From Ranitomeya imitator (taxonomy: Eukaryota): a stretch of DNA of 64,000 nt. The position numbers and the translations under genes were made by a program. The notes beneath the pieces are model-generated. The model was not told the DNA's origin. It searched no databases and worked only from the letters and a program-made list of their open reading frames with translations. The stretch lies in contig NC_091285.1 of assembly GCF_032444005.1 (NCBI RefSeq), positions 607,972,001 through 608,036,000 on the forward strand. Reading direction: 5' to 3'. Positions 11,266-24,137 of the stretch are shown piece after piece; position 1 is the stretch's first letter; each line of letters opens with the position of its first letter.

Positions 11266-12479
11266 TATTCAATATAAAAAAAGATAAGAGTCAGGGTCTG
11301 ACTATTATGGTTAAATACATATGATGTTTCCTGAAATAACTGAAGAAGCTGAGCCCCCCCATACATCTTAGATAGCTGTAAGACGAATGATGGCTTAGCC
11401 AAACATTAGTCAGAATGCTATCTCAACAATCTCTGGAGGTGGTTTATCTACGGGGAATAAAAAAAAAATTGGACAAGCCAGATCCTTAACTCCCCTGACA
11501 GTCATCTGTCCTGGCCCCCACCCCAACCCCCCCTAAAACACGAGATTGTCATTTGAACCTGTCAATATTGGCAGGTTAGTCGAGGTCTGTTTAATGTGTA
11601 TTGGGTCTTTAGAGTCTAAAAAAGCTCCAGTGTCCATTGTGAAAATTTCAAGATTTTATATTTTTAATATTGATTAATATATACAAAACTGGAAAAATAA
11701 TATTTTATAAATACATTTAACACAAACCCTGTTTTAAACAAAAGGCCTTGTTCTGATGGCCCTTTAATTTTCTCACTGAAGAAGTGGATCTTTTAGGCCA
11801 GGGCTTCTCAAACATTTTCTACTTGGGCCTCACCAGACCAACCAAGATGATGCCTAAGCCATAAATCAAGGCTCATAACATACCATATATACTCGAGTAT
11901 AAGCCGAGATTTTCAGCCCAAATTTTTGGGCTGAAAGTGCCCCTCTCGGCTTATACTCGAGTCATGGTCGGCGGCAGGGTCGGCGGGTGAGGGGGAGAGA
12001 GGACTGTCGCATACTCACCCTCTTCCGGGGCTCCTGGCGCTCCCTCTGCCTGTCCCATGGTCTTCGGGTGCCGCAGCTCTTCCTCTGTTCAGCGGTCACA
12101 TGGTACCGCTCATTAAAGTTATGAATATGGACTCCACTCCCATAGGGGTGGAGCCGCATATTCATTCCTCTAATGAGCGGTAACGGTGACCGCTTACAGA
12201 GGAAGAGGCTGCGGCACCCGAAGACCATCTGTCCGGGATAAGGAGCCAGGGATGCCGGAGCAGGTGAATATCTCATATTTACCTGTCCACGTTCCATCCG
12301 CCAGGCGCCGCTCCGTCTTCCATGTCCTCTGCACTGACTGTTCAGGTCAGAGGGCGCGATGACGTACTAATCTGCGCGCCGCCCTCTGCCTGAACAGTCA
12401 GTGCGGAGAGACGCCGAGACGGGACGCTGAGGAGCTGCGGGCAGCAAGAGAGGTGAGTATGCCATTTTTTTTATTGCAG

Positions 12480-14030
12480 CAGCAGCATTATATATTGCAT
12501 AGCTTTATATGGAGCGTCTATGGGGCAATAATCAACGGTGCAGAGCATTATATATGGCACAGCTTTCTATGAAGCATCTATGGGGCCATAATGAACGGTG
12601 CAAAGCATTATATATTGCACATCTTTATATGTAGCATTTATGGGGCCATAATGAACGGTGCAGAGCATTATATATGGCACAGCTTTATATGGAGCATCTA
12701 TGGGGCCATAATGAACAGTGCAGAGCATTATATATGGCACAGCTTTCTATGGAGCATCTATGGGGCCATAATGAACGGTGCAGAGAATTATATATTGCAC
12801 ATCTTTATATGTAGCATCTATGGGGCCTGTTGTGAATTCTGCTCTTGGGCTCCCTCCGGTGGTTATGAGTGGTAGTGCTGCTGTCTTTGGATCGCAGCAC
12901 TTATCAGGTGTGTCCACCTTGGACTGGGCTATTTAGTCTTGCTTGATCCTTTAGTCAGTGCCAGTTGTCCATTGTTTTTGGAGGATTCACATCCCTGACT
13001 GGTCTCTCCTGTTTGCTGCTCTTTTCAACAAAGATAAGTTCTGGCTTTGTTTTTGCTGTCCACATGCTGTGAGCCTTATAGTTCTGTGCATTTTCATGTT
13101 TTGTCTTGTCCAGCTTGGTTTGTGTAAGGATTTTTTTGCAGCCAAGCTGTATCTCTGGAGATGCAGATATACCCTCCATGTCTTTAGTCAAATGTGGAGA
13201 TTTGTATTTTCTGTGGTGGATATTTTCTAGTGTTTTAATACTGACCGCATAGTACTCTGTCCTATTCTTTCTTTTTAGCTAGAAAGGCCTCCTTTGCTAA
13301 ATCCTGTTTTCAGTCTGCGTATGTCATTTCCCTCTCCTCTCACAGTCAATATTTGTGGGGGGCTGTCTATGCTTTGGGGATTTTCTCTGAGGCAAGATAG
13401 TTTTCCCGTTTCTATCTTTAGAGGTAGTTAGTTCTTAGGCTGTGTCGAGGGGTCTAAGGAGTGTTAGGTACATCCCACGGCTACTTCTAGTTGCAGTGCT
13501 AAGTTCAGGGTCTGCGGTCAGTACAGGTACCACTTTCTCCAGGGTACGTCACATGCTGCTCCTAGGCCACCAGATCATAACAGGGGCCATAATGAACGGT
13601 GCAGAGCATTATATATTGCACATCTTTATATGGAGCATGTATGGGGCCATAATCAACGGTGCAGAGCATTATATATGGCACAGCTTTATATGGAGCATCT
13701 ATGGGGCCATAATGAACGGTGCAGAGCATTATATATTGCACATCTTTATATGGAGAATCTATGGGGCCATAATGAATGGTGCAGAGCATTATATATGGCA
13801 CACCTTTATGTGGAGCATCTATGGGGCCATAATGAACAGTGCAGAGCATTATATATGGCACAGCTTTATGTGGAGCATCTATGGGGCAATAATGAAATGT
13901 ATGGAGCATTATGTGTGGCACAGTTTTATATGGAGCATCTATGGGGCAATAATGAAATGTATGGAGCATTATATGTGGCACAGCTTTATATGGAGCATCT
14001 AAGGGGCCATAATGAACGATATGGAGCATC
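12480..14030. repeat. 60-bp minisatellite inside the MITE, split by a solo LTR
   Basis: Unit tatggggccataatgaacggtgcagagcattatatatggcacagctttatatggagcatc repeats in register with the 60-nt lines. Confidence 0.95.
12828..13582. mobile_element. Solo LTR
   Basis: TGTTGTGAA...TCATAACA ends; GGGGCC on both sides; removing it restores the 60-bp unit. Confidence 0.85.
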
Positions 14031-15289
14031 TATTTTAATTTTTGAAATTCACCGGTAGCTGCTGCATTTTCCACCCTAGGCTTATACTCGAGTCAATAAG
14101 TTTTCCCAGTTTTTTGTGGCAAAATTAGGGGGGTCGGCTCATACTCGGGTCGGCTTGTACTCGAGTATATACGGTATATACGGTGTTTCCTGTATAACCT
14201 AAAAATAACAAACATCTAGTGTATTATGTTGCTGAACCAGATATTGCTGCAGCTACATAAAGGGCTGGAATTTATCACTACTGGAAAAGTTGCCTCCTTA
14301 TCTGGGCCTCACCTACTAAGGGGTGCCTCACTGGTGGGGCCCATATCACAGTTTGAAAAGCACTGTTTTAGGCCATAATTGGTTTTGTGCTCTAAACATT
14401 CTGAAGAATTTTCCATTTCCTGACCCTTAACCACTGCACGAAGGATCTTCAGGTTGCGGAGCGAGCCCAGAATAGTCACCAGATATACTGTTGTGAAAAA
14501 AACTTGTAGTAAAGTTATGAAAATAGCCTGGAGTCATCAATGGATTTAACAGTCAGGAGGCAAATCCTTTGTCAGGAGGCAGGCATGGAATTGATACAAG
14601 GAGAGAAACTACTGGAATCAGGCAGCAAATCCAAAGAATGAGACAAAAGTGTAATCCAAGAACAAGACCAAGGTGAAAAACAGGGTCAGACTCAAGGGTC
14701 AGGAACAATAATTCAGGCCAGGGATGTTCCTTAAAGGGATGGTTGACATTAACGTTGATTTTAATCCTAAACTTCTGTCTATTTAATGTAATAATCTAAT
14801 CGCTTTTCTACTATAAAAAGTCCCTATTGTTCCCTCTCTACTCTGTTCATCTGCTTTTTTTTACCTACCTCCAGTTTGATGACATTTAGTTTGATAATTC
14901 CAAGTGCATGCTGTGCTACTCAAACGGGACAACATCAGGGGGTAGAGGCTTGTCAATATGCAATATTACTTTCAATACATAGTGACAGTGCGCTCTCTTG
15001 CTGGCTCAGTTGAGAAGTGACATGGCCTGTCAGAAACCACACTGTCAGTGCATACTGTAAGAAGAGAATAAGGTGAGCAGGAAAAGCAGACACTCGTTCT
15101 GCCCCTAAAACTGACGTCAATTTTGGGGGTGGAACTGGTCTCTGCTAGCCTTGTTCTCACCTGACAGTGCGATCTCTTGCCAGATTGTCCCATCTTAGTA
15201 GTGCTGTGCATGGGCGATTGCCGTCGGGTGTCAGCTGATTCTGACAGCTGACACCCGGCACTAAATGTCATGAATGGTTCTGCACCGCT

Positions 15290-18200
15290 CCCAGCACTTT
15301 AACTCCCTAAATGCTGTAACCGCAGCATTCCGGGAGCCGGCAGTGGGATGACAGCCCCTCTGCCTTTGGATGGAGACCACGCAGCGTGATGCGGGGTCTT
15401 GATTGTTGCCATGGTGACTCGATGTCATTATGACGACATCCGGGTCACCAGAGCTAGAAAAGTTGCTGATCATGTGCTGTGCATGATCAAAAACTATCTC
15501 TGTTTGAATAGCATGGGTATGGTGCTGCATCCCCATTCTGTACAAGTGATCAGCCTGCAAAAAATGATAGTCCCATAGTGGGACAAAGTTAAGAAAAGTA
15601 AAAAAATGTTTTTTTTTTAAATAATTGTAAAAATATTTAAAAAAATAAATAAACAAATAAAAAGATATTGTATCGATAAATAAATATTTGTATGAAAAAA
15701 ATATAAATGTAAACATATATAAAACTGTCCCACTAGTTAACCCCTTTAGTGAATACCATACAAAAATAAATTAAAACAAGGCAAAAAACGACGCTTTATC
15801 ATCATACTGCTGAACAAAAAGTAGAATAAAACGCGATCAAAAAGACGGATATAAATAAACATGGTAACACTGAAAATGTCATCTTGTCCTGCAAAAAACA
15901 AGCTGCCATACAGCTCCATCAGCAGAAACATAAAAAAAGTTATAGCTCTCAGAATAAAGTGATGCAAAAATAATTTTTTCTTAAAAAAAATTGTTTTTAT
16001 TGTGTAAAAGCACCAAAACATAAAAAAACTATATAAATGTGGCATCGCTGTAAACGAACTGACCTGAAGAATAAAACTGCCTTATCAATTTTATCACACA
16101 TGGAATAGCATAAATCCCCCCTCCAAAAAAAAAAATTCCTGAATTGCTGGTTTTTGTTCACTCTGCCTCACAAAAATCGGAATAGAAAGCAATCAAAAAT
16201 GTCATGTGCTTGAAAATGGTACCAATAAAAATATCAAATCGTCCTGCAAAAAACAAGACCTGACATAATTCTATGGGCCAAAATAAGGTAACATTATAGC
16301 TCTCATAAAATGGTGATACAAAAACTATTTATTGCAATAAAAAACATCTTTAAAGGGACTATGTCACAAGGTTTGGCCGATATGAGTTACGGCCATCACC
16401 TTTCAGGGCTTATCTACAGCATTCTATAATGCTGTAAATCAGCCCCCAACCTGACCTGTAGGAGAAGAAAAATAACTTTTATTATACTCAGCCGTGGGGC
16501 AGTCCGGTCCGAGGAGCGTCACTCTTCATCTTATGATCGCAGTCCCCCTTCTTGCTTCATGTAGATGACGCGTCCAGGCATCATCTACACAGTCTTCTCA
16601 GCATTGCGCTCCTGCGCAGGCGTACTTATCTGCCCTGTTGAGGGCAGAGCAAAGTCCTACAGTGTGCAGGTACTGGGTCACTTTGACCTTTCCCAGGGCC
16701 TGCACACTGCAGTACTTTGCTCTGCTCTCAACAGTGCAGATAAGTACGCCTGCGCAGGAGCACGATGCCAAGCAGACTGTGTGGATGATGCAAGGACACG
16801 TCATCCACATCAAGCAAGAAGGAGGATGGCGATGGTAAGAAGATGGGAGGCACCAGACCAAGAAGAGTGACACTCCTTGGACCAAAGCACCCCGCAGGTG
16901 AGCATAATACAGGTCGGATTGGGGGCTTATCTACATATGGGGTATCGGCGTACTCAGGAGTAATTGCACATCAAATTGTATGGTGCAATTTCTCCTGTTA
17001 CCCTTTTGAAAATGCAAAACTTGGGGCTAAAATAACATTTCTGTGGGGACGAAGTGATTTTATTATTTTTACGGCTCAACGTTATAAACTTCTGTGAAGC
17101 ACCTGGAGGTTCAAGGTGCTCACCACACATCTAAATACATTCCTTGAGGGGTCTAGCTTCCAAAATGGGGCCTCTTGTGGGGGGTTTCCATTGTTTAGGC
17201 ACATCAGGGGCTCTCCAAATGGGACATGAAGTCCGCTAATGATTCCAGGAAATTTTACATTCAAAAAGTGAAATGATACTCTTTCCCTTCTAAGCCCTGC
17301 TGTACGCCCAAACAGTAGTTTTCTCCCTCATATGGGGTATCGGCATACTCAGGAGAAATTGCACATCAAATTGCATGGTGCAATTTCTCCTGTTACCCTT
17401 ATGAAAATGCAAAATTTTTGGCTTAAAATAACATTTTTGTGGGGAAAATGTGATTTTTTTTATTTTCACGGCTTAACATTATAAACTTCTGTGAAGTACC
17501 TTGGGGTTCAAGGGGATCACCACACATCTAGATCAGTTCGCTGATGAATCTAGTTTCCAAAATGGTGTCATTAATGGGGGCTTTCACAGTTTAGGCACAT
17601 CAGAGGCTCTCCAAATGCAACATGGCATCCGCCAATTGTTCTAGCAAATTTTGCATTCAAAAAATCAAATGTCGCTCCTTCCCTTCCGAACTTTGCTGTG
17701 CGCTCAAACAGTGGTTTTCTCCCTTATATGGGGTTTTAGCATGCTCAGGAGAAATTACACAACAAATTATGGGGTCCATTTTTTCCTGTTAAGTTAAATG
17801 TTCATTTTTATTTAAACATTACAAAAATTCCTGTGAAACACCTGAAGGGTTAATAAACTTCTTGAATGTGGTTTTGAGCACCTTGAGGGTGCAGTTTTTA
17901 GAATGGTGTCACACTTGGGTATTTTCTATCATGTAGACCCCTCAAAGTGAATTCAAATGTGTTGTGGTCCCTAAAAAATAATTTTGTAAATTTTGGTGAT
18001 AAAATGAAACATCGCTGGTCAATTTTTAACCCTTGTAACTTCCTAACAAAAAAAAAATGTTTGTTCCAAAATTGTGCTGATGTAAAGTAGACATGTGGGA
18101 AATGTTACCTATTAACTAATTTGTGTGACGTATCTCTGTGATTTAAGGGCATGAAAATTCAAAGTTGGAAAATTGCGAAATTTTCTAAATTTTTACCAAA

Positions 18201-18407
18201 TTTCCATTTTTTTCACAAATAAACGCAAGTCATACCGAAGAAATGTTACCACTATCACGAAGTACAATATGTCACGAGAAAACAATCTCAGAATCACCGG
18301 GATCTGTTGAAGCGTTCCAGAGTTATAACCTCATAAAGTGACAGTGGTCGGAATTGTAAAAATTGGCCCGGTCAATAAGGTGCAAACCACCTTTGGGGGT
18401 AAAGGGG
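15290..18407 (-). mobile_element. Non-autonomous piggyBac-like element, inverted relative of 25222-30190 (left boundary uncertain)
   Basis: Right end ...AAAGGGG|TTAT; reverse complement of 17800-18407 aligns with 25222-25900; carries diverged ~390-bp units at 16900-17780. Confidence 0.7.
16354..16915. mobile_element. T2/Kolobok-type MITE (truncated) with a palindromic core
   Basis: Starts TTAA|AGGGAC; internal inverted repeat at about 16590-16770. Confidence 0.5.
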
Positions 18408-19955
18408 TTATGTGCAGAATCAACGCTTTTCTGTAGTATTAAAAAGCGTTAAAAACTCTGCTTCCTATGTGCATCAAGATCGCATCCACAAACCCTCCAC
18501 AGAAAACACGCAATAAGATTGTTATTGCGTTTTGTGGTGAGGATACTTGCAGAAAGAAATCAGCAGAAAGAACACAGCATTTACACTACGTGTGAACACA
18601 GCATCAGCATTTAAGTTTTATTACATTTTTTATGGGTTTAATAATAGATCAATCATGCCATTTTTACTCCATTTACCGATTCTCATAAATAATCTGATTG
18701 CCGTATTGTGCGGCTCGTTATGATTACAGGGACACCAAATATGTCTGTATTATTTGCTGTTTATGATGTTTATTATTATAAAAAAAGAAACGCATAAAAA
18801 AATTACGTTATTTTTTTCGTTATCACTTGTTTTCATTTTTTAGTAATTTTATAGGATGAAAAAATCTCTTATTCGCCGTCTGGAATACAAAGACATAGAA
18901 ATTCACTACTGTGCACAATTTGTCAGTACAATTTGCCTGTGGAATCAGAGTCTGCAATACAGATCAAGTACACTAAATTCTACTCATTAGTCTGTGGCTC
19001 AGTAGCTTTAGCTGCTACCTGTAATGCTAAGGTTGTGGATTCAAGACTCTCACAAAAAAGAAAAAATGACAGTTTTGTATCATTTTTACTATTTTTATAA
19101 GAACACAAAAAATCTGTTTCTTCACCTCAGTACACAGGGACCATAGAAATACATTGTTATACACAATGCATCTATATGGACATGTATAATCTGTTTCTGT
19201 GTTCACTGTCTGCAGTACATGTCAAGATTATCAAATTCTCCTACGTACATCATTGTGGGCTGTGGCTCCTAGATAGAGCTACAGCTTGTGAAATTGGGGT
19301 AGTGAGTTCAAGTCCTGGGGAGACTTGATCTAAGGATGGAGGAAAAGTGAATAATATGATTTAATTTATGCACTGAGCAGAGAGATGCAGCCTCGCCCCG
19401 AGGAGGAGGAGCTCTGGAGCAATGAAGACGTTGGAGACAGATTAGTATTTAGAATCTGGGACTGTTGGGAGCTATGCCTCAGGAAGTGCAAGAAACCCCT
19501 CGATAGCCTTTTTGGAAGCCAGGTCCTAGACTTTAACGGGACCAGTTGGGTGCAGGGTCTCTCTTTGTAAGTCTTTTCCTTCTACCGTTACTCGTGTGAG
19601 TGCGTGAACATGTTCATAAGAGGCCCCAGCACACGGGAGCTTCCTATACTTGCTAGATCTTAGAAATCAGTGACTCCTAATAAAAAAAATCAGGTCAGAG
19701 GGTTGAATCTCAAGATAAAAATAGAGATGTTGGGTTTCAGATTTACTGCGTCTTACAGCTATGAAAATAATTTATGACCAGCAATAGCTCATAGTCCACC
19801 TTGTACTCAAAGTGTCTGTCCAGGATTAGGGAAAAATCTTGTTACTTTCCTCCCAAAACAGTGCCACCCCTGTCTACTGGGTGTGTTTTACATAGCATCT
19901 CAGCTCCAGTAAAGTGATGGTTCAGAGCTGGAATACCAGAAACAACCTGTAATAG

Positions 19956-20984
19956 TGTGACACCCCAGGAATCCGGTTGTCACAGTGGTATTGCCTCATG
20001 GGGAGGGTGATGCCATGTCTGGAAGCAAGAAGGAATCCCCTTGGCAGGTAGCAGTAGCATGCAACACTTTCCTGACTCCAGGCCAGAAGGGGGAGCTCTA
20101 GACCCGGTTTCAGGGTAGTTTCCCTATAAGTTCTGGCTTGGAGGAGGAGTTAGAGTTCAGTCTGTGTGAGACAGTGAAGGGAGAGGGAGCAAAGGAGAGA
20201 GAAACTGGGAGTGGAGCTGCGATTGAGCTCACTCCCAGGATAGAGCGCAAGAAACCGAACACCAGGGTCTGAGGTTGTGTGGGAACTGTATGCCCCACAG
20301 CAGAAACCGGAGGGCAGGAGATTGCAGGTCTTCTAGCCACAACTGACACCCGAAGGCACAGCAGCAGATTAGAGACCAGAGTCACCACAAGAAAGGGACC
20401 TATAACAGGCACCTGTAAAAAGGCTTGAGCTATCTGCCATGTGGGTAGTGTTCCACCTAAGGGACAGATTGAGAGAGGGACTTGAGGAAAGCTAATGTAT
20501 CAAGGACCCAGAATTCAGTGCAGAAAGGAAGGCTTCAAACCCCACCTTTCTAGGGGGATTCCGAATCGCTTCCAGGCTGCCCGGATTTCCAAGATCACCT
20601 GTAATCTGTGACCTGGACCGCAATTTCACAGGTAAAAGGTAAAGAGACTGCAAATCCTGTGTCCTAGAATTATTTCCTGCACTTCACCATCTATCATCCC
20701 TTACCAACTGCAGTGGGATCCCTGGGGACTAAGCTCTACCTGTGGGGAGCTATACCAACTCTGCTGCAATCCAATCAGCCCCAGTGGACCCTTTTAAGCA
20801 GCGCCGGCCATCCCTGGCTGAGTACCTCAGGTGGCGTCATGAACACTTATCCCATAAACTCTATTCCCCTTTTTCATATTTTATTGGACGCCCAGGACCA
20901 CGGACTGGGTCATTGCTGCTGTGACACATCCCTTTAAGATACCGGCTTAGTACCGAATACCCCACTGTCCTAGTAGGTGCTCCA
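19956..20984 (+). mobile_element. Solo LTR (~1 kb)
   Basis: TGTGACACCCCAGG...GGTGCTCCA; alignable to the inverted copy at 35630-36752. TSD not clean. Confidence 0.7.
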
Positions 20985-21439
20985 ACAAGACAGTGTTTTT
21001 TTATACGTGACAACCCATTTTATGATTTTGTGTACTAGGTAGTTACAGGGGCTGTTTGGGCATAGGTATCCTATGCCCAGACCATCAAGTACCTTTACCC
21101 AGGCCACCCCATTAAGCATGACTTGTATGGTCTACTGAGATAGATAGCTGTCTGTGGTCTTCAAGGTACATCAGCATCTCCGCAATCTTTTGCCTTGACA
21201 TCTCTTATTCTTCTACGTCAGTGATCTTGGGATTTCCACTAATTCTTGAATGGTAAAAGCCAGATCAAACAAAGCCTCTTTCCATTTCATAACCTATAAT
21301 CGTCAAGCACACATTTTGAAAGAGAAAAGAGTCAAGAAGCTTCCCTGGGACAAACCGGTAATGAAAACGCTACAAGTCAACCACTGTTACAATATGCTGA
21401 ATGCTATCAGTGGGCATTTCCACACATTTTTTAAACTAA

Positions 21440-21860
21440 AGCTACTTTCACACTAGCGTTAACTGCAATCCGTCACAAAGCGTTGTTTTGCAGAAAAAAA
21501 CGCATCCTGCAAAAGTGCTTGCAGGATGCGTTTTTTCCCCATAGACTTGTATTGACGACGCATTGCGACGGATTGCCACACGTCGCATCCGTCGTGCGAC
21601 GGATGCGTCGTGCTTTGGCGGACCGTCGGGAGCAAAAAACGCTACATGTAATGTTTTTTGCTCCTGACGGACTGCTTTTTCCGACCGCACATGCGCGGCA
21701 GGAACTCCGCCCCCACCTCCCCGCACCTCACAATGGGGCAGCGGATGCGCCGGAGAAATGCATCCGCTGCCTCCGTTGTGCAGTGCGTTAAACGCTAGCG
21801 TCGGAATCTCTACCCGACTCATTGCGACGGGGAGATTCCGACGCTAGTGTGAAAGTAGCC
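21440..21860. mobile_element. PIF/Harbinger-type MITE
   Basis: TIRs (A/G)GCTACTTTCACACTAGCG; TAA/TTA flanks; related to 28829-29248 and 52273-52697. Confidence 0.8.
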
Positions 21861-22091
21861 TTAGCTACGTTACCATAAAAATTTCCTCCAAGACTTTGTG
21901 TGATACACAGTATTTTGGTCATTTGCCCAGGGATTTGTAGCGTTGCTACATTTCTTTAGCTTCTTTTTCAGTTTGCACATATCTCAGTAACCGACTTCTC
22001 CAGATGCTACAGGTTAAACTTGTGGATCGGAATGTTAATGCTCGTTCTTGTATGAGCAATGATGGTAATTCTTTATATTATCATCGGCTTA

Positions 22092-22806
22092 AGGTACCTT
22101 CACACTGAACGATATCGCTAGCGATCCGTGACGTTGCAGCGTCCTGGCTAGCGATATCGTTCAGTTTGACAGGCAGCAGCGATCAGGATCCTGCTGTGAT
22201 GTCGTTGGTCGCTGCAGAAAGTCCAGAACTTTATTTCATCGCTGGACTCCCTACAGACATCGCTGAATCGGCGTGTGTGACGCCGATTCAGCGATGTCTT
22301 CACTGGTAACCAGGGTAAACATCGGGTTACTAAGCGCAGGGCCGCACTTAGTAACCCGATGTTTACCCTGGTTACCAGCGTAAATGTAAAAAAAAAAAAA
22401 AACTACATACTTACATTTCGGTGTCTGTCCTCCGGCGCTGTGCTTCTCTACATTGTCAGCGCCGGCCAGCCGGAAAGCAGAGCACAGCGGTGACGTCACC
22501 GCTGTGCTTTCCGGCTGGCGCTCACAGTCAGTGCAGAGAAGCACAGCGCCGGGGGACAGACACCGGAATGTAAGTATGTAGTGTTTTTTTTTTTTACGTT
22601 TACGCTGGTAACCAGGGTAAACATCGGGTTACTAAGCGCGGCCCTGCGCTTAGTAACCCGATGTTTACCCTGGTTACCAGGGGACCGGCATCGTTGGTCG
22701 CTGGAGAGCTGTCTGTGTGACAGCTCTCCAGCGACCAAACAGCGACGCTGCAGCGATCGGGATCGTTGTCTGGATCGCTGCAGCGTCGCTAAATGTGACG
22801 GTACCT
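22092..22806. mobile_element. Palindromic GGTACC-ended MITE (Harbinger-like)
   Basis: TIRs AGGTACC(T/G)TCACA; TTA on both sides; nested hairpins around a central TGACGTCA (22491-22498). Confidence 0.8.
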
Positions 22807-24095
22807 TTACTCCACTGTCTGAGGCTTGTTTCCCATTGAACCTGCTCGAGGCTGCATCATAATTAGCTCTTCCTTTGTTATTTTAAAACAAGTCTGAGCG
22901 CTTCCAAAATAATGTGTGTTACCATGTTGTCCTGCTATCTTCATTCAGTATTAAAGGGAATGTGCTATCAGAAAAATAACATCTTGTATAAAGTGGGTTT
23001 CTGTATTAAATATATATTTAACACTTTTCCCAAAGTTTGTAATTTCCATATCACAATTTTTATTAAAAATTAGAAATCTTGCAATTTTCATGCTATTTAA
23101 GAATACAACATGCTTAGAAAAATTCACACACACATTAGCAGCAATGAACAGATCCTGACTCTTATCTTTTGTACTGAAGCATTTAATGAGCATGTGCAAA
23201 GGTCAATGTGAACACACAGGAAACAGGGTCAGGGACATGACCTATTGTGAATGATGAATCCTTTGTTATCAGCTCTGTATAGTGATGTTATCAGACATCG
23301 TAATTCTACCTCTGATCAAACTACTGTAAACTATTCCTACAAGGAACATCGCAGAAATATATTTATGACACGCTAAATATACATATAAGTCATAGACAGG
23401 GCTGGATTGGCACAGTCTTTTAAATGGGAAAAAAAGTCCGGGAACATCAGCCACAGTGTCCTATCAGCATCAGTCAGAAGAGAGAGGGGTCAACAAATAG
23501 CAAACACAGCCCTGCAGCAGTTTTCATGGATAAACAGCATGGCAGGAGGAGGATGCAGTCTGTGAGTCTACAGCTGATTATCAACATAATAATAACCTAT
23601 ATGCCAAGCCAGCACCCAAAATCCACAGTGCACGGAATGGAAAAGTATCAAGGGGTGCAAGGATGTATAGGACAAGGTTCAGTGCAAAATCATGAAAATC
23701 ATACCGAAGAGAAAGCACCAAGAGAACCAAAATTAGTAAAAATATTAAACTTAATTATTACACATCAAATTATGATCATACGTGTTGAAAATTATGCATG
23801 GAAAAGACAATGGTAAGCTGAAAGATGAAACCACGGTGGTAAAACAGGCTAGCAAGTTGCAAAAATCCCCAGGCCAAGTTAGCGTGACAAACAGGTCATA
23901 AAGTAAAATGCATTGGGCAGTAATGTGTATCATTGTGCAATAACAATATAGATACTATAAGTGGTGAGACACTCATTGCGCACAAAATACATAGAGGCTG
24001 GCAGCCATCAAAAGAAAAAAGTGCAAGATCTGAACTCATTGATGTAAAATACATGAACAGCCAAAGGGGTTACCTGTAAAGCCATGGGGCCACCC

Positions 24096-24137
24096 ACCCC
24101 AACGCGCGTTTCGGCAATAGTGCCTTCTTCCGGGGGT
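24096..24137 (-). ncRNA. Variant minimal type-I hammerhead motif in the PLE 3' region
   Basis: Minus strand: ACCCC-CGGAAGA-A-GGCA ctat TGCC-GAAA-CGCGCG-T-T-GGGGT; the core has U4->G. Confidence 0.55.

Larger units (their letters stand above)
11883..14174. mobile_element. Tc1/mariner-superfamily (pogo/Tc2-like) MITE nested in the hAT element
   Basis: TIRs CCATATATACTCGAGTATAAGCCGA / TCGGCTTGTACTCGAGTATATACGG; TA on both sides. Confidence 0.8.
11799..14365. mobile_element. Non-autonomous hAT element with a perfect 8-bp TSD
   Basis: TIRs CAGGGCTTCTCAAAC / GTTTGAAAAGCACTG; TTTTAGGC at 11791-11798 and 14366-14373. Confidence 0.85.

Noticed and set aside
18990-19050. A/B-box-like motifs (TGGCTCAGTAG...GGATTCAAGAC)
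   Set aside because: Too short and degenerate to call a SINE or tRNA.
19385-19570. 61-aa ORF in a unique-looking patch
   Set aside because: No recognisable domain and no convincing splice sites.
21205-21293. Possible minus-strand terminal exon (acceptor ...gattatag|GTTATG), one frame with a single in-frame TGA (possible Sec)
   Set aside because: Neither peptide (VMKWKEALFDLAFTIQELVEIPRSLT; YEMERGFV*SGFYHSRISGNPKITDVEE) is recognisable, no partner exons or SECIS were seen; needs RNA-seq or tBLASTn.
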